A stretch of 64,000 nucleotides of DNA from NCBI GenBank assembly GCA_003971905.1, contig RSEE01000094.1, forward strand, positions 1 to 64,000. The letters are read 5' to 3'. The DNA is from Moniliella sp. 'wahieum'. Lineage: Eukaryota. The notes beneath the pieces were generated by a model. The model searched no databases, was not told the DNA's origin, and worked only from the letters and a program-made list of their open reading frames with translations. Below, piece after piece: positions 52,293-64,000 of the stretch. The first letter of the stretch is position 1; the number at the start of each line of letters is the position of its first letter. Position numbers and translations under genes: made by a program.

Positions 52293-54239
52293 TCAGCGCA
52301 GGTGCTTTTTGAAAAAGTCACGGACAAGGTACGCTGATCCAAGGTAGGTGCGGGGCAAGGTAGGTTGGTTATAGTCGACGGATTGGACGCCGAACCGAGG
52401 CGTCTTGCCTACCTCCCATTCTACGTTACTGGTGGCGGACCAGATCCAGGCGCCGACAACCTTGATCCGTCGGTATGAATGGACTCGAGGATTTGGAAGA
52501 GGTAGTTGCGGTAGTACAGTTGCCGGCCCGTGTCCATGATCAGTTCCCAGTACGAGTTCTTTTGAGCTTCGTCCTTCTCCGCCCAGCCAAACTCGGAGAC
52601 GACAATGCCTTGGGCGCGGGCCAGCGCTTGGCAATGTACTTCAAATGATCGCGGAACGCACCAGCCGTGTTGGCCAACCAGCTTGAACACGTCTCGTCCG
52701 GGTACGCCGTCGTGAGAGGCCACCCGTCCGACATGGTCATCGGGCCATAGGAACACCAGGGCCAGTTGGGGTGGGCAACGTTACCGTAGCATGCACTTGC
52801 ATCCTTGGCAGGCATCGACTGGGTGATCCCACTCGAGTAGTAGTCCGTGTTGTACACGTCGGCCGAGCCTTGCAGACGCCGCTTGTCGGCCGCAGTGAGT
52901 GGCGGAAGCCACTTGGCAGGCACCTCACGCTTCACCACGGGGGGGTAATCGTGGCGTGTCGGAGTGGATGGGGTCGCTGTACAGACCCAGGCCAAAGTCC
53001 ATCCCTCGCTGCACCGCGCCTTGTCGGCATCGCTGTTCGGGTCGAACGGCACGCTCAGCGACCCGCTGTTTTTGTAGGAGAGCACTGCCTTCTTGGACAC
53101 GGTCCCATCGTTTTGGTACTTGCGGAACAGCTCGTTCATCCGTCGTGGGCCTTGATCATGTACCCGGCGCATTTCACTGCGTCGACTTGGGCGGGGAATC
53201 GTAGCCGTAGATACCCTTCAAAGCGAGAATGTACCGGTCCGTGCAGTGGACGCTGGGCTCGTTGTGGGAAATCCAGTGCTGATGCCAGAAAACAACAAAG
53301 GGGGACGGGTTACTCGTCAGCTCAATGAAATCACAGGTAAAAACGAAAGAGGGGGAGAAGAGAGGAGTGAGAAACATACGTGAACACCCATGGGGCCCAA
53401 GGCCTTGAGCATCACATCCGCGTATTCGGCAAATGCGTCTACATAGGTGTGGTTCTGCTGGCCATTTTCGGAGATTTGAAGGTAGAGAGGCAGGTCCCAG
53501 TGCTGCATGCTGCAGGGTAACTGCTGCCTGCATCCCGTTCTTGTGGATTTCGGTAACCAAGTCCTTGTAGAACTGCAGACCCTCTTGCGATACATACCCG
53601 CGTCCCAGCGGCATGACGCGGGACCAGGACACACTGAAAGAGTACAGCTTGGCACCCATGGTGGCCACACGCTTAATGTCAAGGGGTACATGTAACGGAA
53701 GTTGGTAGCCACGTCAAACGTGTCGCCGTTGCGCATGTTGTTGGTGCGGTGGGCACCAGTCCCAGATCGAGGGGCCACGGCCATCGGCTTTGACTGCGCC
53801 CTCGACCTGCGCACTGGCCGAGGCGTACCCCCACAAAAAGTGCTCGGGGAGGGGTGACGTTGTCGCGACAAAGCCGAGCCCCAGTCGGGCTGATAGGGAC
53901 GGTGGGTGATGGATTGGGGCATCATCTCGTACTCGCTCTGGCTAAAGTTGCGGTACTCATACTGGATCTTGGCATACTCGACCGGCTTGTACCGCTCGAC
54001 CTCGGACCAGAGGAACTTGACTCGGCCCTGGACGGCAGCAGGGTTGTTGAAGTCGATGGGCTCGCCGCCCGGCGGGACATGGCCGCCAGCCTTGACATTG
54101 GGGTTGCCAGAGGTGGCATGGGAGGCGTGAGGGGAGGGGTGGGACTTGGAATGATGAGCGGATGCGGCAGCGGCAGGGGCAGGCGCAACCAGTGCGACGA
54201 CCGCCAGGCTGGCCGCCCAGGCGGAGGACAGAGACGCAT
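52293..54239 (-). CDS. Glycoside hydrolase family 1 beta-glucosidase with putative signal peptide
   Basis: [43 protein letters not shown], acid/base HNEP, nucleophile [23 protein letters not shown]. Confidence 0.92.
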
Positions 54240-56287
54240 GGGGGAGGGCGAGAAGAAGGGCACGGCGGGTGTATTGGGCGAGGGGGTGGGTATATATAGC
54301 AGCAGCACACCCGCCCTGGACGCGCTCGGGCAGGCATGGATGGGGCGGATCCAGCGGTCGATCCGACGTGGCTGCCGCCAGCGCAGGCCAGCGCACACAG
54401 CAGGTGACGAGTGACTGCAAGCGTGTCGGTGGCCTTCTGGATGGAGAAGTGCGGGGCAGCGGCCGGCACAGCAGCGCACAGCAGCGCACAGCAGCGCTGC
54501 CCTGCCAGGCCGCGTCCCGCACACTGCCCCCGTCCTGCCCTTGGTGGTGCCAATCTTCAGATCAGCGCGTCCAGCACTGCGGCCAAGTACCAAGTACTAA
54601 GCTCGCGTCCATCGTCACACGTCCCGGCCGCCCAGGCAGCCTGCTCCCTGCGCCCGCCTCCGCGCTGAGCCACCTCGCGCGGGCAGCATCGACACATGTG
54701 GAGCCCGACGCAAGGAGGTTGAAGCCGTTCAAGCAGGTGTAGTGCGTAACCGCCCCCAGTCCCCAGTACGCAGTGCGTCAGTACTCGCCCCTTGACACGA
54801 TCAAGGATCGTCAATCACCAACCTCAGATCTGTCCGGCCCCCGACGGCAGCTCGGCTCGGTCCTGCAAGGGCGTGCTGTGGTGGGTGGGAGTAACTAGTA
54901 ACTGGCAACTAGCAACTAGCAGAAAACGAAAGAATCGGGCTGAAGCTGAGGGCAATATGCCCCTGCAGGGTAATCGATGGTGTGAACGAGTAGGTGATCC
55001 CCGGGGATAGCCTAAACCGCGGTTGTCTGTTAACGCGTTACCACTTGAGACTGAGAAAGTAGCTTGTACGCTATTACCAAAAGTCAAGGACGATTGCACT
55101 GTGCAGGGCGGAAACAGTCAGAGCATCGCATCTTGTATGCTCCGGATGCTAGTCCGACGTGGCAGCAGGCAGAAGAAGGAAGGAGGAGAACGAGGCGCGA
55201 CGGTACCTATAATCCGGAGCATGCGAGTCGCGCAACACCGTAGCCACTGTTCGGCTTGCCAGCGACAGACACATGGCCCTTGTCGATCAAGCCACGCCAA
55301 GTGGTGTCACAATGGCATGCCACCGGTCACCTGTCACCTGTCACATGCCACCCCACCCCAACAGTATCGAGTATCGCCGCAGCACTGGCCTTTGGCCCGA
55401 TAGGGTTGGTGCGCCGGCAGCCGGCACGAGCTGCGCGAGTCCGAGCAGACGCGGCGATTCTGAGACGGTGGCGATGGCACATGGCATGGATAATCGATCA
55501 TCGATCATCAGCAACATCATCGCCCAGCATCATCGACCATGTTTGGTAAGGACGTGGAGCGGACTGGTGTGCCGGTTACATGGAAGTCTTTTAGTATCCA
55601 AAGACAGGACGATCAGGAGCTCGGATCCATTGCGCTTCTTCCCCTCGACCCCCTCATGGTCGTGGGTGGGACCTTCTTGGTCGCAGCCAAAGTCCAGCCC
55701 ACGTTATGTACTCGGGTGGAACAGAGGCGGAGAAAGGAAGGATCGGCATCTGGTGTGATGCGTGATCGCGCCTTCAGCAAGGCGCAGGCCCTGAAGGGCC
55801 TGAAGCGTGTGGAAGCGCGCCAGGGTTTGGCCAGGGTCGCCGGTCCTGACCAATTCAAGTCAAGGGATCTGGGGAAAGGTTGCAAAGGAACGTGGCACGG
55901 AGTGGCATGGCGGCAGTCTAGCCTCCGTCTGGATTCCCGTCTGGTCAAATTACGGAAAGCAGAGCGTTGAACGTTGAACGTGTTGAACGCGCTGAACTCC
56001 AACGTGGAAAGGTGGCATGTGACATGGGACATGGGACATGTGATCGGGATCACCTGGTGGGGCAGGCTAAGCGGCTAAGCGCTTAGGAGCGCTTAGGCTA
56101 AGCTTAGCGCTATATAATAGCCGGAACTGGTAAGAATAAGCCGGTAGGTAAATCTGAAGGGGCCAGGAATACAGTCTAAGTATTTCCTGATCAATATAGG
56201 CCTCTTCATGCTGAAAGAAGGATTGCTGGTATTATAAGGTGGACAGAGGATCAGAAAACTGGTAGCAAGCGGGTCAAGGTGATACAA

Positions 56288-56865
56288 TGGTGTAACAGCT
56301 GGACACGTGTCCCCCCAATAAACGGATTCACGCCGGAGTTATGATATCTCTTTTCCGCCAGGGCACGATGGTGCCGTTCGCGCGCAGGAGAGATGAAGAA
56401 GGGGCAGGGCGTGTGGCCTACCCGTTGCGAGACCGGCGAGAAGAGAGGTGCTGAGTGGCACTTGGTACTTGTGTGCCCTATGGTCCCGGAGTCATTCGTT
56501 CGTACTGCGGAGGCTGTGAGAGAGCGGGAGGCATGGCAAGCGGCGCGCCCACCGCGGGGCCAGCAGGAATACGAGCGCAGTCAAGCGGATGGGTCAAGGT
56601 CGGACCCAAATCCTGATATTGGGTCTGGATCTGACTTTTGAGCTTGATCGATGATCCCCAGTCTGAGAGCCACATGTTTGGCACCCAAGCCAGTGGCCGC
56701 ACTGAAGATGTTCTGACGTTGAGCATCACGATGAAGCACACGTCGGTGGGGTCGTGAGCAGATCAAGTGGAGCTGATCCAGCTTTGCTCGAATTTGTGCA
56801 ACTGATCGGCACAGAACGATTCGGGTGGCTTTGTGGGCGCGATATAACGGGGACGTGCTGGACAT
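56288..56865 (-). pseudogene. Decayed duplicate of an internal segment (49971-50487) of the Ppc89-like gene
   Basis: Collinear blocks shared with 49971-50487: TGGTGTAACAG, CTCTTTTCCGCCAGGGCAC, GTTGCGAGACCGGCG, GCCCTATGGTCCCGGAG, AAGCGGATGGGTCAAGGTCGGACCC, TGCAACTGATCGGCAC, GGGACGTGCTGGACAT. Confidence 0.9.
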
Positions 56866-57918
56866 GGATGTATGGCTAAGCTGGAGCGGGGTGGGATGAC
56901 GCGGAGGAGAAGGATTTCATGTAGTGCACCATACGTTTTGGAAGACCCGACTATCAGACAGATGAGATCTGAGAGTGTATGGGCCGTTGGTTACAAGGAG
57001 GTAACCCAGTTCGGCGTCATCTTGTTTTGTAAGTCGTCAATCCCCCGATGTACGGGGGACAATTGATAAACGCTATATTGGTGTTGAGCCACCGGGTGGG
57101 CCTTGCTTTGGCCAACGTCTCTTCAGCTCCGCCTGTTGAGAGGCCCAGGAGTACCGTTGTTTTCTCTCTCCCGTTTTTCCTTATGCCACAGCTTACCCCC
57201 TGGTGACGACCTGAGGCATAATGTTCCTTTGTAGGCGTTGCTGGTGGTTGGCTTAGATTACAACTGCAACACCACTAGTGCGATTGCATCACTCTGAATG
57301 GCCATCTGGACTCCAGGTCTCCGTCATCATTGATGCTATAGGTATATATTCACAGTTTTCACGAGGCATGAAGACAGTAGGGGCACAGAAACTACCGGCC
57401 GCCCCAACGCTCGCTCATCCGGCGTCTACTTAAGGCTGGTAGTTCGTGCTAACCCAACCTTCTCCATTGGATGACTCTATATCTTCCGAGGTTCTCGGTC
57501 CAATACAGTACTTTTGCTTCTTCGGTGGTGCTGTGATAACGTCGAGAACGTCTCCTTGGTTTACACGCCTGTCCTGTCCCGCATTCCATTACCCTTTGTG
57601 CCTATTCACCAAGGGATGCTTGAAAGACTGGTACGACGACGGATGCAAACGGGATTGAACACACATATATCTGGATATAATAGAATACGAACGAAGCCAA
57701 GGAAGGCTAGACAGGGTGGGGAGACACGTGGAAGAGAGAAACGGAGCCAGCGGAGAGGTGGGCGGTGATCCAGTGCAGCGAGGACAGAGCGTGGACGGGG
57801 CCCGTGTGACATCACAGTTGGTGTGTAGGCCCTGCTGGTTATATAAGGGAAGAAAAAGAAAAAGAGGCGACGACGCCGAAGCGAGAGAACGCCAAACTTG
57901 ACTGTCTCTCGCAAAGGC

Positions 57919-58738
57919 TTACGGGGTCCTCATGTCTAGCACAGAACCCGGATAAAGGGGGTAGGAAAGGTTAGGAACGATCTACTGACCCGGTGATGGT
58001 GCGGGTGAGGGGGGACAGGGGGGGGGGGGACGTACAGGAATCCATATAATCCTTGTAGGACATGTATCCGTACCCTGAGCACTGTGGGTCAAACCGCTGA
58101 AAGCTTTCGGTCAAACTTTTGACCACGACGCATACGCGAATGAAGCGATCAAAGGTGAGGTCGGTTTGGGACTCGATGCTAGCGTACTTAATCATGATCA
58201 TGTGCAAGGTGGTCGGGTCAAGGTTGAAGCCAAAGTTGCGCAGTGCGATTCCCAGATCCATCTCATTGATCCGCCCGGACCCCGTGCGGTCGGCAATCCG
58301 AAACGCATCGGACCATTGGAGGATGTAGGTATAGAGGGCGGAGAACTCGTCGAGCGTGATGAGCCCCGTACGACGCACGTCAAATTGGCGCAACAGCATC
58401 ACAATCGTGTCGCGATCAAAGTGGGACCAATCGCCATTGACCAGCGCACGCTGCAGATCGTTCACGTCAATGGCGCCCTGATGGTGCTGGTCGACTGCGA
58501 CAAAGTATTTCCTGGGAATAGAGGGGAAAGAAGGGGAGGGGGTCGGTGGTCAGTACACGGCGAGCTCCTCTCGGTCTTAATCTGGAGATGCCACCCATCA
58601 TTGCACTTGGGGTAAGAGGGACGGCCAGAGATAAGATACGCACCAGACAGTGGGGTTGACTCTGGCGGGGGAGGGGGGATAGAAGAGCGGACAGGGGGTA
58701 GCCCCTGGGGCGGTGTAGGACTGGGCAGAATAGCTCAT
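57919..58738 (-). CDS. PEF1: Penta-EF-hand calcium-binding protein (Pef1/ALG-2/peflin family)
   Basis: LQRALVNGDWSHFD..FDVRRTGLITLDEFSALY, DRTGSGRI, FDRFIRVCVVVKSLTESFQRFD; last intron gives SYMRTP*. Confidence 0.9.
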
Positions 58739-59713
58739 TGGCGGTGGGGGCGGATGGGATCGGGGGGCGGGAATGGGAGTGGGAGTCGGACGGGAAAATG
58801 CCAGGGGGCGATGGAGGGGAGGAGACGTGGCGCAGCAACAACCAACAGAGGGGCACGGCAAAAAAGAGCAAGGCGGAAAGCAAACGAACAAGTGCGGATG
58901 GAGCTGCGCAGCTGACGTTTGGCCCAGTCCGCACCGCGAGTGTCAGTGTCTGCGCACGGGGGGCAAGGCTGGGAGGCCGAGGTGCTGAGGAAACTGTGGT
59001 CGTTGCTGCGCCCAGGTCACATGGACGTTAGATCCGCTTGCATTGCTGAGGGGGCCGCCACCGGCCAGCGCGAGGCCGTCGGGGCCGCCCCGCTGGTTTA
59101 ATGAGTGGGCGGGCGCTTGTGGCGCAGGGTGGGCATGCACATGTCGCCGGGGCAGATTTGAATGCGCCAAAGTCCGACGTCAGTGCGTCAGCGCGTCAGC
59201 TGACGACTCAGCCGGAGCCGCGACCGCGCTGAGGCTCAGCCCTGCCCAGCCTGCTGTCAGCATAATGTCAGCTGTCAGCGCTGAGGTCAGGCGACCAGCA
59301 AGGCTCCCCAGTCGCCGTCGCCCGGTCATCAATGCACTGCGATGCTTCAGCCCTCGGCTTCCGGCTTGCGGCATCCCGCCTCCCGTCGCTTCCCCCGCTC
59401 CCGGCCGAGATGGCATGGCTCTAGTGCTCTTGGCACGCGCCGTCCATCGACCGACGAGCCACCACCCGTGGTGTCCCAGTGCTCCCGAAACCCCCTGAAG
59501 CTTCCCCTCAGTCTGTGCACGAAAGGGGGAGAATGCAACATTGAAGATGCGCTGGCTGCGTAGTGCTGCCCACCTCCCGCTGATACGATGCTCTCTCTCG
59601 GGCTTTGCAGACCGACACTATGTAGGCAATGCGCAGGACGCATCGGTAGAGTGTGCATTGTCGAGTAGATAGCAGAAGGGACATGCACATGGTGCATGTC
59701 CCCATGTGGCCAC

Positions 59714-61263
59714 TTACAGCTTTGCCTCGGCCATCTTGGCCTGGAGCACCTTGGCAACGTGGTCGAGGAAGCCTTCGGTGGTCACATAGTCCTCGCGCAC
59801 TGTCCTTGCCCTTCATAATGAACGCCAAGTCCTTTGTCACCACATTGTCCTTATCGATCGTGTGGATGCAGGCGTCCTCCAACAGCTGCGCAACTGCACC
59901 AGCTTCTCGTTGCCATCCAGCTGGCCTCGGAACTTGAGCCCACGCGTCCCGCGTAGATCGAGGCGACCGAGTTGGTCGACGTCTCCTTGCCTTGCTGGTG
60001 CAGGCGGTAGTGCCTCGTGACCGTGCCGTGCGCCGCCTCCGACTCCATGGTGCGTCCATCGGGCGTGATCAGCTCCGAGGTCATGCCCAGCGAGCCAAAT
60101 CCCTGAGCCACAATGTCGACAACACGTCGCCATCGTAGTTCTTGCACGCCCAGACAAACCCGCCGTGGCCCTTGATGGCCTGGGCAACCATGTCGTCAAT
60201 CAGGCGGTGCTCGTACCAGAGCCCGAGCTTTTCAAACTCGGCCTGTACTCGGCCTGGTAAATCGCTTCAAACGTGTCCTTAAACTTGCCATCGTACGCTT
60301 TGAGAATGGTGTTCTTGGTGGCCAGGTACAGCGGCATCTTTTTGCTCAGTGCCATCTTGAACGATGCATGGGCGAATCCCTCAATCGACTCGGTCGTGTT
60401 GTACATGCTCATTGCGACGACACCGCCCTGTTCAGGGTACTGGTATACCGGCCACACCTTCTTGGTCCCATCCGCTGCTTCAAACGTCATCGTCAACTTG
60501 CCCGGGCCATCAATGACGGTATTGACACAACGGTACTGGTCGCCAAACGCATGACGGCCAATGCAAATGGGCTGTGTCCATCCGGGACCGGTTTGGGAAT
60601 CTTGTCCAACACAATCGGTTCGCGGAAGACGGTGCCACCGAGAATGTTGCGAATGGTGCCGTTGGGCGAGAGCCACATTTTCTTTAGCCCAAACTCCTTT
60701 ACCCGTGCCTCGTCGGGGGTGATGGTGGCACACTTGACGCCCACAGCATACTTTTGATGGCATTCGCTGCATCAATGGTGATCTGGTCGTCGGTGGCATC
60801 ACGCGAAGTGATGCTCAAGTCATAGTACTTGAGATCAATTCGAGGTACGGCAGGATCAGTTCCTCCTTGATCTTTTCCAGATGATCCGCTGCAGAAAGGA
60901 AATCGCTCCAGTCAGTTCCACTGCTTCCTCACTCAAGCGCATTCCAACATGACGAGGGGGAGGGGGAGGGAGCAAACGCACATACCGTCATCTCGTCGCC
61001 ATCCAGCTCAACCACAGGCTGGTCAACCTGATCTTGGATACTGTCATATGTACAGCCCCCGCATCGTGAGGTTAGTCCGGCTGCGTGATAGGAAGCAAGG
61101 GGGACACGAAAACGTACCGGCCGACGTTGAAGCAAGCGAAGGAGGCCTTGACGAAGGAGAGCGGGGAGAGGGAGCGGGCCGGCGCGACGGCACGCAGAGC
61201 GCCCCGGCCGAGCGGAGTTGCAGCAGCAGTGGCCAGGCGGGCTGAGGGGGCACGGAGGGCCAT
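59714..61263 (-). CDS. IDP1: NADP-dependent isocitrate dehydrogenase with mitochondrial presequence
   Basis: [82 protein letters not shown]. Confidence 0.95.
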
Positions 61264-61515
61264 GCTGCATGAAAGGCCGGCACTTGCGCGGCACACCGAT
61301 GTGAGGGGCGTAGCATGGAGCAGAGTGGAGCAGAGGATGTGGTGGGCAAGCAAGCAAGAGCGCCGGTCGGGCTTCCAGCTACTTGGCCCGAGCCGAGCCC
61401 AGCTGCTCATCTGATCTCCCATCTCAGATGTTGCCGTGGTTAAACCCGCCTGGACCGCACTGGGGCCGTCTCCGTCGCCCAGCAGCGCCAGCCGGCTGCC
61501 CCGGTCGATAATTCA

Positions 61516-61567
61516 CTTCAAGCTTCAAGCTTCAGCTTCAAGCTTCAAGCTTCAAGCTTCACGCTTC
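61516..61567. repeat. (AAGCTTC)n heptamer array upstream of IDP1
   Basis: About seven imperfect copies of a HindIII-palindrome-plus-C unit. Confidence 0.9.
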
Positions 61568-64000
61568 GAGTCCGAGAGTCCGTGCCATCTCCGTCGACGT
61601 CAGCTTCCCATCGGAGAAGTTCATCCGTCCCGAGGGGCGGAATACGGGTTTGGGCGGAATCAAAATGCCGTGGAGGCGCTGACTTGCCCATAAGGCGGTC
61701 TTTTTTTTTCCTCGTTCGTCTCCACCCTCCCACCACCATCCCTGATCTGGGCGCAGTATCATTGTTTGGCTGTCTTCTGGACACCGGACGCATCCCATTC
61801 GGTAAGTCAACCAAACTTCCAACCTTTTCTCCCGTCAGTCTTGGGCCTTGGGCTCTGCCCGACCCAGACAGGACTTCGATGATGAGAAAACATGCTGGCA
61901 CCAGTCGTACTTTTTATGCCGACAAGCTATTGCGGGGCGTCTCTTAATACGCTATGTCGCCCCCTGACCTTCCATTGCTCCCTTACTGCAAGGGAACATC
62001 GTACTGACCTCCTCCTTTGTGTCTTTTTCTCTTGATTGCTGCTGCTCCCCTCACCTTTGCCTCGTTTGCTTCGTTGTTGCTATGCATCCCCCCTCGCTCA
62101 TCCTTGCTCTGTCGCCGCCTATACCTTCTCGAGTAAAGTTCTCATCGCCGCATAGTGTAGACCCTGCCAGACCCCATCGCACAGTTGGCAGCTCGCCTGC
62201 TCCTCAGTTGCATATGAATCGGCATCTACCGTCCTCGTCTATTACTACGAAGAACGAACATCGGCTCTTTCGAGATTACTCGCTAGTTCTGCGCCGATCG
62301 TTTTCACCTAGCTGGACCAGGTGTTCATACCAAAAAACTAGGCCAACTGACTGCCACATGTCAGCGCAGATGTGACATGGTCGATGGTCGATGGTCGATG
62401 TCGATGAGAGGGGAGGGGGGAGAAGGGGAAAATGCGCTGAAAGGGGCGCTGGTTGGTCGTTAGTGGCCAGATACTAGCACTAGCTTTTCCGAGTAATCCT
62501 TCGGGTCCGTTCGATTATCGTTTCCGCCGATATGTTTCACGGCTTTTCGGTATAGCCTTTCCGGTGCTGCGTGGGCACCGTCTCATGGTCCAAAACTAAC
62601 AGCACGCCGATTCGCACTGTATTGTGCTGAACCTTTCGCCATGATGGCCACGGATGACGTACACCTCGAGTCGAGTCCATCTCGAGGAGAACTCTGCTTT
62701 TGGTTATCGCCTCCAGCGGGAATTGTGGGGACAGGCTCCTGGCAGCCCCGAGTTTTCCATGGCTCTCATCTCTCTTGACACATGGCACTGCTACGCGAAA
62801 GCTATTACAGAGCAACTCGTGCCATTCACCATTTTGATGCGTACCAGTCAAAACACACTCTTCCTTCGTATTGTAGCATACGCTCTCTCACCGTCTTCTT
62901 GTTCCTATAGCCACAACGAAAGCGAGAGCAGATTGCTGCCCCTTTGGGCTATATAAAACCTTCTCGTCACAGTGGTTGCTGGGGGAGTCAACGCTGGGTC
63001 TCACCAGTGGGCTCATCCAGGTATTTGAGAGATACAATCCTTTACAGGTCGTCCGAACGTCAACGACGCACGACTCACGGTTGTTAGTACTTGAGCTGGT
63101 TGTGGTGGATCTGCATGGGGCTAGGAGCATGGAATGACCTCTCTCGCGCGCGTGAGGTAGAGCGGCTGAAAGTGTGGCAAGGTTGTGTACGCACCGGCTT
63201 GGGCAGAGAAGTAGCAGCGTGTGTGATTGAAGCCTTCGGGCTCAGTCGGGGTCGAGGATGAGTGGCAGTGGAGGACACAAACGCTGCCACAGCTGGGACA
63301 GAGAATGCTTGGCACGCCCCTTCTCCCTTCAAGCTTGGGGGATGCAGGCCAAGTACTAGTGTCCTTGTGTGCAATGTGGTGTCTGCGTGTGTGTATATAT
63401 CAACTTGATGATCAGTGATTGCTACTACAGTGTTCTGATCCTCTGTCAGCCTATCAGCAACCCTTCCTGCCTCAAGAGCCCTAGGCATCAGGAAATATCT
63501 CCAGATTAAAGAGGCGTACCAAAAGGTATAGTATGGAGATGGTTCATATCATCATCTTGAGTGTGTGTGAAGACGCTTTAATTGCAGTGCACCTCAGGTG
63601 TGGTCTGGGGGATTGGTGATAGAAGAGGCGGGGCGGGGGTATTATCTGGCAGAAGCGGCGCGCGTCGGTGGTCTTACTGTTCCTGAGGCGATGCGGAGTG
63701 TTGATGACGTTGAACATTAACGCATGGCGGTAGGGCGCTTGGAACCTACAAGGCGAGGGGGACAGACATGGTGATGATGTACATGCGTGTGGGTTGTTGG
63801 GGAAAGGGAGGATTATTATGAGGAGTTTGGTCGTTGGATGAGAGAGCCGAGTACGTTATTGCTGTTGTGCGGGCAGTTGCGGGGGGGATGGTACACGTAG
63901 CTACTTTCTATACAGATCTCCTTTGGAGGGGGGAGCAAACGGGATATAATCAGTTACGGGGTTAGGTTCAGGGCCAAGTGTACTGAGGGAGAATATGGGC

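Noticed and set aside
56870..57650. Membrane-protein-like fragments suggesting a transporter relic
   Set aside because: No diagnostic motif could be identified
15890..61263. Frameshifts in SSC1, RPN12, RPT3, RLP24, CDC123, IDP1 and others read as pseudogenisation or programmed frameshifting
   Set aside because: They are scattered single-base indels, often in homopolymers, in genes whose residues remain conserved; long-read consensus error is the simplest explanation
63958..63973. GGGGTTAGGTTCAGGG near the window end as a second telomere
   Set aside because: A single degenerate unit, followed by ordinary sequence

Overview
Left end of a chromosome from a GC-rich, intron-poor basidiomycete fungus (the gene set and low intron density suggest Ustilaginomycotina; this is inference). 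The window opens with CCCTAA telomeric repeats. About 10 kb of subtelomere follows, holding variant telomere repeats, a decayed L1/Tx1-like LINE 3' end and diverged local duplications. The rest is a compact run of housekeeping genes: an alpha/beta hydrolase, RLP24, a bacterial-type FAD dehydrogenase, SSC1, ACB1, tRNA-Glu(TTC), PLP1, YEA4, RPN12, a SAP-domain protein, MIM2, PPZ1, PUF3/Pumilio, RPT3, TRS20, CDC123, a Ppc89/Cep57-like protein, a secreted GH1 glucosidase, PEF1 and IDP1. Nearly every gene carries single-base frameshifts, consistent with an unpolished long-read assembly, so CDS boundaries are approximate. Three things stand out. (1) The intergenic spacers contain decayed, internally deleted relics of normally single-copy genes (CCT5, intron-retaining PLP2, part of the neighbouring Ppc89-like gene), which suggests duplication followed by gene loss. 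(2) Short tandem arrays of 7-bp units, each a 6-bp palindrome plus one base, recur upstream of many genes. (3) A 5'-truncated reading frame is capped directly by telomere repeats and runs into variant telomeric repeats. All protein assignments come from motif recognition by eye; no searches were run.
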